DNA of 64,000 nt from Macrostomum lignano (Eukaryota). The stretch covers positions 310,001-374,000 of the forward strand of contig NIVC01000424.1 of NCBI GenBank assembly GCA_002269645.1. The letters are read 5' to 3'. The position numbers and the translations under genes were made by a program. The notes beneath the pieces are model-generated. The model had not been told where the DNA came from. It ran no database searches and was given only the letters and a program-made list of their open reading frames with translations. Numbering within the stretch: position 1 is the first letter of the stretch; every line of letters starts with the position of its first letter. Below, piece after piece: positions 1 to 12,874 of this stretch.

Positions 1-44
1 GTCAGTCAGTCAGTCAGTCAGTCAGTCAGTCAGTCAGTCAGTCA
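1..44. repeat. (GTCA)n microsatellite
   Basis: Direct reading. Confidence 0.95.
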
Positions 45-406
45 GGCTGGCTGGCATTTAGTGCCCGAGAACTTTTAAAACTTCCCCCATGCAACCCCCT
101 AAACTCCTTTAGCAGAGTGAGGCGGGGCGGTCGAGGGTCCCTGCCTGAGGAGCCTGACAAATGATTCACTAGAATGTGGCGACAACTATTGCAGCCTGTT
201 CTATCTCCAGATAGATAAGCAATCTTAAGCCTTACTAACGAGCTATGATATTATTTCATATTCCTAACAAGTAATAAATCATAACTGAAACCGGCAACGC
301 GCTAGATCCTTTACTGAGTAACATTAAAGGGTTTTGTCATGGAGATCGGGAACTAGAACCTGGAGTCCCAACTCTTTTAGTCTGGAAAGACCCCACATAT
401 AGGATT

Positions 407-540
407 TTCGGTTCTCAATCTCAACCAACTCGGAATAATTTGTGCCCTTATTGAGCAGGACACTTAACTCTGCATTGCTTCAGTTCACCCAGCTGTAAAA
501 TGGGTGCCAGAAATAGCTGGGGTAATTGAGGGTGTGTGTG
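407..540 (+). mobile_element. SINE family A fragment running into a (GACA)n tract
   Basis: Clear identity to about 29120-29250 (TTGAGCAGGACACTTAACTCTGCATTGCTTCAGTTCACCCAGCTGTAAAATGG). Confidence 0.7.
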
Positions 541-880
<340 letters not shown>

Positions 881-1486
881 AGTGAACACAGATGACTATC
901 TACGAGTCAAAAGGATCGGGCACCAGACAGATGACCACACAGACAGAGTTGGAAAACAGGACTAGAATGCCTGCATGCGAAGGCTTAAAGACTTCAGACA
1001 AAGGGTTTGTCCGACAACTGGATCTGTCAAATTCTCTATAGCAGGCGCAGGCGGGCCCCGCCGCTGGTACGGCACAGGCATGGTTTAACACTGATGTCGG
1101 CACGTGTTTGACAGAGCTGAAAGCCAAATCTGTCGGCTGACAGAAGTGCGTGCGTGAGTGTGACAAGTGAGGCTCATACGAGACCAGAAAAGCGGCCAAT
1201 TCAGGCTCATTGCCGGTTTTGTTTATGTCGTTCCGAATTCAAAGCAGCAGCATATTGACACATATCGAGATAATTGCTGAGCATATTTTTGCTCACTATA
1301 ATTAGTATCAGCAATTCTTTGTTTCCAATTATTTTTTTGATTTCAAGCAAAATTTAAATTTAAATTTAAATTTAAATTGCATAAAAACTTACTTAGGCTA
1401 CTTAGAGTAGGGTCGTAGACATGTATTAATATTTTCTTTTGCATCAATAGGTAAATAATAATACAATGATAATTGATTAGACCTGC

Positions 1487-1643
1487 CAGCAGCTATTGCG
1501 CGGCGCATCTGAAGGCTGCGTACGGCTGTTCAGTCCAAGGACTGGGGGTCGCCACACACACCCTCAATTCCCCCAGCTAATGCTGGCATCCATTTGAAGC
1601 CTTTCAGTCGTGAGTTGGACGCTCTAGGCTACTAGGCTGCAAC
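1487..1643 (-). mobile_element. SINE family A copy with the central domain deleted
   Basis: Reverse complement matches the head (GCAGCCTAG...CTCACGACTGAAAGG) and tail (GGCGACCCCCAGTCCTTGGACTGAACAGCCGTACGCAGCCTTCAGATGC) of the 29080 copy. Confidence 0.72.
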
Positions 1644-2194
1644 CCTAAAATCGCAATTCGTCAGTTTGTTGACTTGATAGATTGGTTGTCATGGCAACTG
1701 CAATCGATCGTAACTGCCTTCTGTTTTAGCTCAGAATCTTTGAATTTGATTGATAGATAGCATTGTCTAAGTTTTTTTAACGAAGGCTTCTTTGATTGCT
1801 GCTTTGTGTTGGGCCCCTATTGTTCTCAGGCATCGGTAGTTTCTATAACTATTGAGGGTGCTTGCTGCTTCTTAATTGGGTAGCCTGGGCCAGAAGATTG
1901 GGATGCATTTCACAAAAGACAATTGAAAGTGCAAGTGCTGTGTTGAGAGCACTAGTATTGAAGAGAATTGAGAAGAGGCAGGAGAGAGGGATATTGAGGA
2001 AAACTTGTGTGTAAGAAGAGACGAAACGAAAGAAACCAGGAAAAAGGGAGGGAAGGAGAGAGGGGGAGTGGAGAATCCTCAACTCCCCTCCACCCAAGCA
2101 CCTGGAAGTTGGTAACGCAGGTGCTTACATGTCAGCGAAGTGAGTGCCAATATTTTGAATATTTTATATTATTTCTCTGGGCTAATGCTTCGTA

Positions 2195-2385
2195 AGAGGA
2201 GAGGAGAGAAGAGAAGAGGAGAGAAGAGAAGAGGAGAGAAGAGAAGAGGAGAGAAGAGAAGAGGAGAGAAGAGAAGAGGAGAGAAGAGAAGAGGAGAGAA
2301 GAGAAGAGGAGAGGAGAGGAGAGAGAGAGATAAGAGGAGAGGAGAGAAGAGAGGGGAGGAGGAGAGAGAAAGGAGATTAGAGCAG
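2195..2385. repeat. (GAGAA/GAGGA)n pentamer tract
   Basis: Direct reading. Confidence 0.9.
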
Positions 2386-2834
2386 AGAGAATCAAGAGGC
2401 TGCAGTTCTAATGAATTCCAGCCAGTTTGATATTTGACTCAGTCCTCAAGCCCCTGAGCAAACTGCAGTTATGACACCAATCAGCACAGCACGACTTCAG
2501 AGCAAACCTCGCCTCCCGTGTGTTTGGTCAGCCGGTCTCACGAACTGGAAATTGGATTGCGCGGAATCGCTGCCGCGGCTGCAGCAGAGCCCAACCAATA
2601 CGTATTTGAGTTTTAGAGGGTTACAATTGGAATCAATTATTCAACAGATTTGTTCAAGCTAGAGAGATTATTCTTGCTGAGCAGAAATTCCCAGACCGAG
2701 TTGATTGCTTGCGAGTTGACAGGTCGTATACTGTTAAGGAACGAAGATTGGGGCGTGGTTTTGAGGTTGCAGAAAAATCGGTTGACATGAGTTTGGGGAG
2801 GATTTGCTTTAGAACTTTCGGGTTAAAAAGCGCA

Positions 2835-3695
2835 GACAGACACTCAGGCAGACACTGAGACAGACACTGAGACAGACACTCAGACAGACACTCAGGCAGA
2901 CACTCAAACAGATACTGAGACAAACACTGAGACAGACGCTAAGAGACAGACACTGAGACAGACACTGAGGCAGACACTGAGACAGACACTCAGACAGACA
3001 CTCAGGCAGACACTCAAACAGACACTCAGGCAGACACTGAGACAGACACTGAGACAGATACTGAGACAGACACTGAGACAGACACTGAGACAGACACTCA
3101 GACAGACACTGAGACAGATACTGAGACAGACACTCAGACAGACACTGAGACAGATACTGAGACAAACACTGAGACAGACACTGAGACAGACACTGAGACA
3201 GATACTGAGACAGACACTGAGACAGACACTGAGACAGACACTGAGACAGATACTGAGACAGACACTGAGACAGACACTCAGACAGACACTGAGACAGATA
3301 CTGAGACAGACACTCAGACAGACACTGAGACAGATACTGAGACAAACACTGAGACAGACACTAAGACAGACACTCAGACAGACACTGAGACCGATACTGA
3401 GACAGACACTCAGACAGACACTGAGACAGATACTGAGACAAACACTGAGACAGACACTGAGACAGACACTCAGACAGACACTCAGGCAGACACTCAAACA
3501 GACACTCAGGCAGACACTGAGACAGACACTGAGACAGATACTGAGACAGACACTGAGACAGACACTGAGACAGACACTGAGACAGACACTGAGACAAACA
3601 CTGAGACAGACACTCAGACAGACACTGAGACAGATACTGAGACAAACACTGAGACAGACGCTAAGAGACAGACACTGAGGCAGACACTGAGACAG
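2835..3695. repeat. 12-bp minisatellite (GACAGACACTGA)n upstream of ENaC
   Basis: Direct reading. Confidence 0.93.
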
Positions 3696-3862
3696 ACATT
3701 GTGAAATGCTCTGAGACTGAAAGCCTCACAGCAGCTCACAGCCAGGCTGACCAATGAGAATCCATGCGGTTGCTAAGCAGCTCAGAACTCTCTGCTGCAG
3801 TAGAAAAGCACACAGCGGGCCCCCAACCCCAGCAGCAGAAGACAGACAGACAGACCAGCGCC

Positions 3863-6800
3863 ATGGACTCAAAGCAATCCGACCAGCCCCATACTGCGGC
3901 CCCGTCAGCAACTCCGCAGAGCCGGCTGCAGCAGGCCGCGGCAGAGGCGGTGGCCCGCAGCCGACTGCGCAGGCAGCTGATTGAGTTCACCAAGGAGACT
4001 TCGCTGCCAGGGGTGAGCCAGGCCGGTCTGAGCAGCGGCCGAGGCTTGGTGTGGACCGGCCTCCTCTCTCTGTCGCTGGTGGCTCTCATCGTGCACCTGT
4101 GCATCATTGTGACCGTCTACCTGCGCTACAGCACCACCACCAGTTCGAGCTACGACCAGCCGTTCCAGTGGCCGGATGTGACCCTGTGCAACCTGGTGCC
4201 GCTGTCGGTCAGCGCGGTGAACGAGCATCTGGCTGAAGCTCCGACTTCGCCATCGAACAGTCTCGGCCGGTTCTTCGACGCTCTGCCAGCCCTGGCCGAG
4301 TCAATTTCGGCCGCCAACGGGCCGGACGTGACCAACTCGCAGAGTCTGCGCGAGTTGATGACGCGATCAAGGAACCTGACACCGGTTGAGCACAAGCTGG
4401 CAAACAGCCTGCTGAGCTGCAATTATCGAGGCGTCCAGTGTCCGACTGACTCCATCAAGCAAACCTACGTGCCCCGGTTCCACACCTGCTTCACCGTGAG
4501 CATCGGATCGGCTGGCGGCAGCTCGGGCACCCTGGCTGATGACGACTTCCTAGACATGATGCTGTTTGTTGAGAGCGGCGTGCTGAGCTACTGGGATCGG
4601 AGAACTCTCGCGGATTTCTCACCGGCTGGCAAAGTGTTTGTCCACGCTCGGGGCTCCTACCCGGATGTGGAGGACATTCTGGACTTGCCAACTGGAGCAT
4701 GGGTGATGCTGGGCCTTCGCTACACTGAGAGACACAATTTCGAGGGCCGGTGCGCCAAGTACCAGGGCGAAGTGAAGTTTTCCACACCGTCTGGGGAGAA
4801 ACTCTTTACCTGTGAGCGGGGAGCAGGATCAGCTACTTTATTGGCTAATTTTTTATTGTCAAACGTGTCTTTTACGTTTCTAATGATTTTGCTGTATGCT
4901 TGCAGATTTCTTGTCTTTTTCTCTACCCCTCTTTCCCTCTACCCCTCTTTCCCTCTACCCCTCTTTCCCTCTACCCCTCTTTCCCTCTACCCCTCTTTCC
5001 CTCTACCCTTCTTTCCCTCTACCCCTCTTTCCCTCTACCCCTCTTTCCCTCTAACCCCTCTTTCCCTCTACCCCTCTTTCCCTCTAACCCCTCTTTCCCT
5101 CTACCCCTCTTTCCCTCTAACTCCTCTTTCCCTCTACCCCTCTTTCCCTCTACCCCTCCTTCCCTCTACCCCTCTTTCCCTCTACCCCTCTTTCCCTCTA
5201 CCCCTCTTTCCCTCTACCCCTCTTTCCCTCTACCCCTCTTTCCCTCCAGGGGCGTAGCCAGGAATTTTGATTGGGGGGGGGGCCGTGAGTTAGGGGGCGC
5301 CAGCTTCTTATAGGGGGGGGGGGCGCGAGTTTCTTTTAGGGGGGGGGCGCCAGTTTCTTTTAGGGGGGGGCGCCAGTTTCTTTAAGGGGGGGGGGGCGCC
5401 AGTTTCTTATAGGGGGGGGCGCCAGTTTCTTTTAGGGGGGCGCCAGTTTCTTATAGGGGGGGGGGGCGCCATTTTCTTTTAGGGGGGGGGGGGGCGCCAA
5501 GGCCAGAGTTGGTGATTGGGGGGCCACGGCCCCCTTGCCCCCCCTCTGGCTACGCCCCTGTTTCCCTCCACCCCTCTTTCCCTCTACCCCTCTTTCCCTC
5601 TATCCCCTCTTTCCTTCTACCCCTCTTTCCCTCTACCCCTCTTTCCCTCTACCCCTCTTTCCCTCTATCCCCTCTTTCCTTCTACCCCCTCTTTCCTTCT
5701 ACCCCTTCTTTCCTTCTACCCCCTCTTTCCTTCTACCCCTTCTTTCCTTCTGCCCCCTCTTTCCTTCTACCCCGTCTTTCCCTCCACTCATTCTTTTCCT
5801 CTACTCCTCTTTCTCTCTTCCCTCAGCCAATGATTTTTACTAACAGATCGGCAAGGATTCAGTGGGTGCCGGAATGGCAACAATAGCAGTGGTTAGTAAA
5901 AGATTCACAGAGTCTTACTTACCAAAATAACCTGGCCCGCTAACTGTTTTGTCGCAGTTAATTGAACACACAAAACCCTGCTACTTGAAACGGAATTGAA
6001 GTCTGTTTGCGTTAAGTGCCCAACTAAGGCCTGGACAAATATTGACACTACTACGACGTATGCTGTTAGCTGCTAGCTGAGCCGAAATGTTATAATTAGG
6101 AGACTTTATAGAGACGTGATACTGAATTATTTATACGAATCGATTGATACACAATTTGCTAAGGTTGCCGGTGCTTTAATTTTTACAAAACAGCCAGTGT
6201 TAAAAAACTGAAAAACAAGACTTCTTTGACTCAGCTAACGAGAGGCAAATTCGATTTGCAAATAGAAATTCCAATAAGAAAGTAAATGAAAATACAGTAG
6301 AAAGCGGGAGAGGGTGGGAGAGAGCGGGAGAGAGCGGGAGGAGTGGGAGAGGGTGGGAGAGGGTGGGAGAGAGCGGGAGAGAGCGGGAGAGAGCGGGAGA
6401 GAGCGGGAGAGAGCGGGAGAGAGCGGGAGAGACCGGGAGAGGGTGGGAGAGGATGGAAGAGGGTGGGAGAGAGCGGGAGAGAGCAGGAGAGGGTATGAGA
6501 GGGTGGGAGAGAGCGGGAGAGGGTGGGAGAGAGCGGGAGAGAGCGGGAGAGAGCGGGAGAGAGCGGGAGAGAGCGGGAGAGAGCGGGAGAGGGTGGGAGA
6601 GGATGGGAGAGGGTGGGAGAGAGCGGGAGAGAGCAGGAGAGGGTATGAGAGGGTGGGAGAGAGCGGGAGAGGGTGGGAGAGAGCGGGAGAGAGCGGGAAA
6701 GAGCGGGACAGAGCGGGAAAGAGCGGGAGAGGGTTGGAGAGGGTGGGAGAGAGCGGGAGAGAGGGCGAGAGGGCGAGAGATAAAGAGAGAGAGCGGGAGA

Positions 6801-9800
6801 GGGTGGGAGAGAGGGCGAGAGGGCGAGATATAAAGGGAGAGGGTGGGAGAGGGTGGGAGAGAGGGCGAGAGGGCGAGAGATAAAGGGAGAGAGCGGGAGA
6901 GAGCGGGAGAGAGGGCGAGAGGGCGAGAGAGGGTGGGAGAGAGTGGGAGAGGGTGGGAGAGAGGGCGAGAGGGCGAGAGATAAAGGGAGGGAGCGGGAGA
7001 GAGGGCGAGAGAGGGCGAGAGGGCGAGAGATAAAGAGAGAGAGCGGGAGAGGGTGGGAGAGAGGGCGAGAGGGCGAGAGATAAAGGGAGGGAGCGGGAGA
7101 GAGGGCGAGAGAGGGCGAGAGGGCGAGAGATAAAGAGAGAGAGCGGGAGAGGGTGGGAGAGAGGGCGAGAGGGCGAGAGATAAAGGGAGAGGGTGGGAGA
7201 GGGTGGGAGAGAGGGCGAGAGGGCGAGAGATAAAGGGAGAGAGCAGGAGAGATTGAAGAGTTTGCTTTAAACAGTCATAAAAGTTATAGACCCCATATTT
7301 TTCTCTGGCTAATGGCTTTGGCGACTGAGGAAAACAATCGATAAAGGTGGGACCCGCAGTTGTGAGGCATTCAATGAGTTCTCGGGTCACAAAGCACCCA
7401 GAATCTCTCAGCAATGTGCATTAATTAATTTGTGTTTGTACTCTTTTGCCAACGCATAGGACAAACGGGAAATGAAATAACTTGGTTAATCAAAGAACAT
7501 CAATTAGGAAGATTGATTTGAGGAAGCAGCTCCGTCTGCCGTTGGGAGTGATGCAAATCCCAAATTCCGCCACAGAAATCAATGCCGCAATATTCTCGAT
7601 ACAATTTGCGCCTCGTAAAATGAAACTGGTATCGACGTCTCACTCCTTAAAGTCCTTCCAATACACCTTATACTGTTCCCCACATTCCACACAGCCGTTC
7701 CCACACCAAAGTCTCTAAATTTTAACTTTAGAAAGCTCACTGCATTGCACCTGCCACTTACCCACCAACCAGTACGCAACACAATCAGCCCCACACCCTC
7801 TGACCCACACCCTCTGACCCACACCCTCCACCCCATACCCTCTGACCCACACCCTCCACCCCACACCCTCTGACCCACACCTCCACCCCATACCCTCTAA
7901 CCCACACCCTCCACCCCACACCCTCTGACCCACACCCTCCACCCCATACCCTCTGACCCACACCCTCCACCCCATACCCTCTAACCCACACCCTCCACCC
8001 CACACCCTCTGACCCACACCCTCCAGGCCACCCCTTCACCCCTCAGCAACCACTCCCTGAACTCCCCGCCCGCAGCTCCATCCGACCGTCGCTCCTGCCT
8101 GGAGTCCAGCATCCAAGCCGAGCTCATCCGTCAGTGCGGCTGCATCAGCGAGAAGTTCCGCCGCTTCGATGCCCATCCTGGCCAGCCGGGCTGCCACTCG
8201 GTCGGCAACGCCTCGTCGGGGTCGGCCAGCACCGAGGACCGCGCCAGGGCCGCCTGCCACGGCCGAGTGTTGCCGCAGGCGCTGGAGGCGGCCGGCACCG
8301 AGTGTCGAATCGACTGCCTCGAACGGGACTGGGCGATCCGGGTGTCGCCGCACGTCTGGCCGAAGCTCGACGCCTCCGTGACGGCCCTGTTCGACGCTTA
8401 CGCCGAACCGGCTGTGCGACTTCGAGGATTCGATCCCAGGCTCCTGCTGGTGCGCTGGACTCTGGCAGCATTGGAGTGCTGACGAACCCCATACTCTGAA
8501 CACCATACTATGAACTCCACACTCTGAAACCCACACTCGGAACCCAATGCTCTGAACCCAATACTCTGAACCCCACACTCTGAACCCCATACAATTAACC
8601 AAAAATTCTTTTACACTGTAATCTAAACACTTCATTTCCCACACACCCATTCCCCACACCCCCTTCCCCACACACCCATTCCCCACACACCCATTCCCCA
8701 CACTCCCATTCCCCACACCCATTCCCCACACCCCCATTTCCCACACACCCATTCCACACACCCATTCCCCACACCCCCATTCCCCACACACCCATTCCCC
8801 ACACACCCATTCCCCACACCCCCTTCCCCACACACCCATTCCCCACACACCCATTCCCCACACACCCATTCCCCACACACCCATTCCCCACACACCCATT
8901 CCCCACACACCCATTCCCCACACACCCATTCCCCACACACCCATTTCCCACACACCCATTCCCCACACCCCCATTCTCCACACACCCATTCCTCACACAC
9001 CCATTCCCCACACACCCATTCCCCACACACCCATTCCCCACACCCCCATTCCCCACACACCCATTCCCCACACACCCATTTCCCACACCCCCATTTCCCA
9101 CACACCCATTCCCTACACCCCAATTCTCCACACACCCATTCCTCACACACCCATTCCCCACACACCCATTCCCCACACACCCATTCCCCACACACCCATT
9201 CCCCACACCCCCATTCCCCACACACCCATTCCCCACACCCCCTTCCCCACACACCCATTCCCCACACACCCATTTCCCACACACCCATTCCCCACACCCC
9301 AATTCTCCACACACCCATTCCTCACACACCCATTCCCCACACACCCATTCCCCACACACCCATTCCCCACACACCCATTCCCCACACACCCATTCCCCAC
9401 ACACCCATTCCCCACACCCCCATTCCCCACACACCCATTCCCCACACACCCATTCCCCACACCCCCATTCCCCACACACCCATTCCCCACACCCCCATTC
9501 CCCACACACCCATTCCCCACACCCCCATTCCCCACACACCCATTCCCCACACCCCATTCCCCACACTACGATCTAATTCCCCACCCCACCACTTAATCCC
9601 CAGGTGAACGGCACCGCAAATGTGACCACCCTGGACGCCAAATCTCAGTTAGAATTTGTTCAGCGCAGTTTCCTACGCATCACGGTGAACCCAACAAGTA
9701 CCATTGGGCTCCGTATTGATGAAAGCCTGGTTTACACTGCCGGAAACTTGCTCTCGGATCTGGGAGGAATCCTCGGCCTCTACCTGGGATTCAGCATCGT

Positions 9801-9903
9801 GTTCATCTACGAGATCGCATTCCTGCTGGTGAAGCTGGTGCGCGACTCACGTGCTGGAGGCGGTGGCGCGGTCGGGACCGCCGATTCTAAGAGCTCCTGT
9901 TGA
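3863..9903 (+). CDS. DEG/ENaC-family (ASIC/FaNaC-like) ion channel, ~540 aa; exons 3863-4811, 8076-8449, 9604-9903
   Basis: TM1 followed by FQWPDVTLCNLVP (FPAVTxCN motif); Cys-rich thumb SCLESSIQAELIRQCGC...CRIDC...SPHVWP; TM2 LLSDLGGILGLYLGFS with GxS filter. Phases fit (T|GTGAGC to CGCAG|CT phase 1; CTG|GTGCGC to CCCAG|GTG phase 0); 1623 nt total, divisible by 3. Confidence 0.92.
4915..5820. repeat. 15-bp pyrimidine satellite (CCCTCTTTCCCTCTA)n interrupted by the MITE
   Basis: Direct reading. Confidence 0.92.
5247..5560. mobile_element. hAT-type MITE inserted in a 15-mer satellite in ENaC intron 1
   Basis: Perfect 15-bp TIRs CAGGGGCGTAGCCAG / CTGGCTACGCCCCTG; perfect 8-bp TSD TTTCCCTC (5239-5246 and 5561-5568); internal GGGGGGCGCCAGTTTCTT repeats. 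Confidence 0.9.
6305..7250. repeat. Purine-rich ~10-bp repeat (GAGAGCGGGA)n with higher-order units
   Basis: Direct reading. Confidence 0.9.
7785..8030. repeat. C-rich minisatellite (CCACACCCTCTGACC-like) before ENaC exon 2
   Basis: Direct reading. Confidence 0.85.
8630..9565. repeat. 15-bp minisatellite (CCCATTCCCCACACA)n, ENaC intron 2
   Basis: Direct reading. Confidence 0.93.
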
Positions 9904-10049
9904 AGGATTTTTACGATGCCTTTGTGCGGCAATTACTATGAAAAATATTAAACTGAAAAACTTTTGAATATTTTCTATTTCTACCTCTTCTAATTGCATA
10001 ATACTCTGCTATCTTAATACTGTCTTAAGAAACCGCCCCAAACAATTTG

Positions 10050-11945
10050 AGAATCTGCCCTAAACCACCATGAGAATCGTCCCTGAACCACCATGAGAAT
10101 TGTCCCTGAGCCACCATGAAAATCGTCCCTGAACCACCATGAGAATCGTCCCTGAGCCACCATGAGAATCGTCCCTGAGCCACCATGAGAATCGTCCCTG
10201 AGCCACCATGAGAATCGTCCCTGAGCCACCATGAGAATCGTCCCTGAACCACCATGAGAATTGTCCCTGAACCACCATGAGAATCGTCCCTGAGCCACCA
10301 TGAGAATCGTCCCTGAACCACCTTGAGAATCGTCCCTGAACCACCATGAGAATCGTCCCTGAACCACCTTGAGAATCGTCCCTGAACCACCTTGAGAATC
10401 GTCCCTGAACCACCATGAGAATCGTCCCTGAACCATGAGAATCGTCCCTGAACCACCTTGAGAATTGTCCCTAAACCATGAGAATCGTCCCTAAACCATG
10501 AAAATCGTCCCTGAACCACCATGAGAATCGTCCCTGAACCACCATGAGAATCGTCCCTGAACCACCATGAGAATCGTCCCTGAACCACCATGAGAATCGT
10601 CCCTGAACCACCATGAGAATCGTCCCTGAACCACCATGAGAATCGTCCCTAAACCATGAGAATCGTCCCTGAACCACCATGAGAATCGTCCCTGAACCAC
10701 CATGAGAATCGTCCCTGAACCACCATGAGAATCGTCCCTGAACCATGAAAATCGTCCCTGAACCACCATGAGAATTGTCCCTAAACCATGAGAATCGTCC
10801 CTAAACCATGAGAATCGTCCCTGAACCACGATGAGAATCGTCTCTGAGCCACCATGAGAATCGTCCCTGAACCACCATGAGAATCGTCCCTAAACCATGA
10901 GAATCGTCCCTGAACCATGAGAATCGTCCCTGAACCACCATGAGAATCGTCCCTGAACCACCTTGAGAATCGTCCCTAAACCATGAGAATCGTCCCTGAA
11001 CCACCATGAGAATTGTCCCTAAACCATGAGAATCGTCCCTAAACCATGAAAATCGTCCCTGAACCACCATGAGAATCGTCCCTGAACCACCATGAGAATC
11101 GTCCCTGAACCACGATGAGAATCGTCTCTGAGCCACCATGAGAATCGTCCCTGAACCACCATGAGAATTGTCCCTGAACCACCATGAGAATCGTCCCTGA
11201 GCCACCATGAGAATCGTCCCTGAACCACCTTGAGAATCGTCCCTGAACCACCATGAGAATCGTCCCTGAACCACCTTGAGAATCGTCCCTGACCCACCTT
11301 GAGAATCGTCCCTGAACCACCATGAGAATCGTCCCTGAACCATGAGAATCGTCCCTGAACCACCATGAGAATCGTCCCTGAACCACCTTGAGAATCGTCC
11401 CTGAACCACCATGAGAATCGTCCCTGAACCACCTTGAGAATCGTCCCTGAACCACCTTGAGAATCGTCCCTAAACCATGAGAATCGTCCCTGAACCACCA
11501 TGAGAATTGTCCCTAAACCATGAGAATCGTCCCTAAACCATGAGAATCGTCCCTGAACCACCATGAGAATTGTCCCTGAACCACCATGAGAATCGTCCCT
11601 GAACCATGAAAATCGTCCCTGAACCACTATGAGAATCGTCCCTAAACCATGAAAATCGTCCCTGAACCACCATGAGAATCGTCCCTGAACCACCATGAGA
11701 ATCGTCCCTGAACCACTATGAGAATCGTCCCTAAACCATGAGAATCGTCCCTGAACCACCATGAGAATCGTCCCTGAACCACCATGAGAATCGTCCCTGA
11801 ACCACCATGAGAATTGTCCCTGAACCACCATGAAAATCGTCCCTGAACCACCATGAGAATCGTCCCTAAACCATGAAAATCGTCCCTAAACCATGAGAAT
11901 CGTCCCTGAACCACAATGAAGATCATCTCTGAGCCACCATGAGAA
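10050..11945. repeat. 23/20-bp minisatellite (ATGAGAATCGTCCCTGAACCACC)n
   Basis: Direct reading; mixed 23- and 20-nt units. Confidence 0.95.
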
Positions 11946-12334
11946 TCCTCTTTGAAAACATTATGATAATTTCACCTACTCTATTCTAATCCTTAGGAAG
12001 CACAACACTGAAAATGAACTGAATGTACTACTGCACATGAAAATCTAGTAGCTAGTGATGCATATTTTGTTTTTGAATAGATTAGATGCGGCAACGAAAA
12101 CTGCTTTTACTGCTTTTACTTACTTGACTTTTGCGCACTAAAAATAGTGCAGGGCTCTCTCTCGTGCAGGGAGTTAATAAATCTTCAAGTCACGAGCAAA
12201 GAAGACTTATATGCAAATTTAGCCCTTGATCACACCTTGCTGGGAAGACTTATAAAGTCAAGATTGATCGCAGACTAAGATGAAAAAAAAATTATTGTCA
12301 AAAGACGCTCGTAATTCAAACATCCTGCAATCTT

Positions 12335-12575
12335 CAGTTCAGTTCAGTTCAGTTTAGTTCAGTTCAGTTCAGTTCAGTTCAGTTCAGTTCAGTTCAGTTC
12401 AGTTCAGTTCAGTTCAGTTCAGTTCAGTTTAGTTCAGTTCAGTTCAGTTCAGTTCAGTTCAGTTCAGTTCAGTTCAGTTCAGTTCAGTTCAGTTCAGTTC
12501 AGTTCAGTTCAGTTCAGTTCAGTTCAGTTCAGTTCAGTTCAGTTCAGTTCAGTTTAGTTCAGTTCAGTTCAGTTC
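12335..12575. repeat. (AGTTC)n pentamer microsatellite
   Basis: Direct reading. Confidence 0.95.
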
Positions 12576-12874
12576 ATTTTGTTTCGTTATTTCGTGTCTA
12601 TTTTACGTCATCAGTTCGTTCGTCTGTCCTTTCCTTCGCAATGTTTGGATTTAAATTTCTCTGTGGCCATTGGCTAGCTAGAGCAGGGAGGCTGAGGCGG
12701 TCGGGTCCGATCTCCATCAAAATAGATACAAGACATCTAGACAGGAGCTCGCGAACGCGCCTTCATCGCTCATTTTCACCCAAGTCACATATCAATCAAT
12801 CGATCAATCAATTAATCAATCAATCGATCGATCGATCAATCAATCAATCGATCAATCAGTCAATCAGTCAATCA

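Noticed and set aside
900-2830. Short ORFs at 900-1199, 1849-2097 and 2654-2923
   Set aside because: No recognisable domain or convincing splice pairs.
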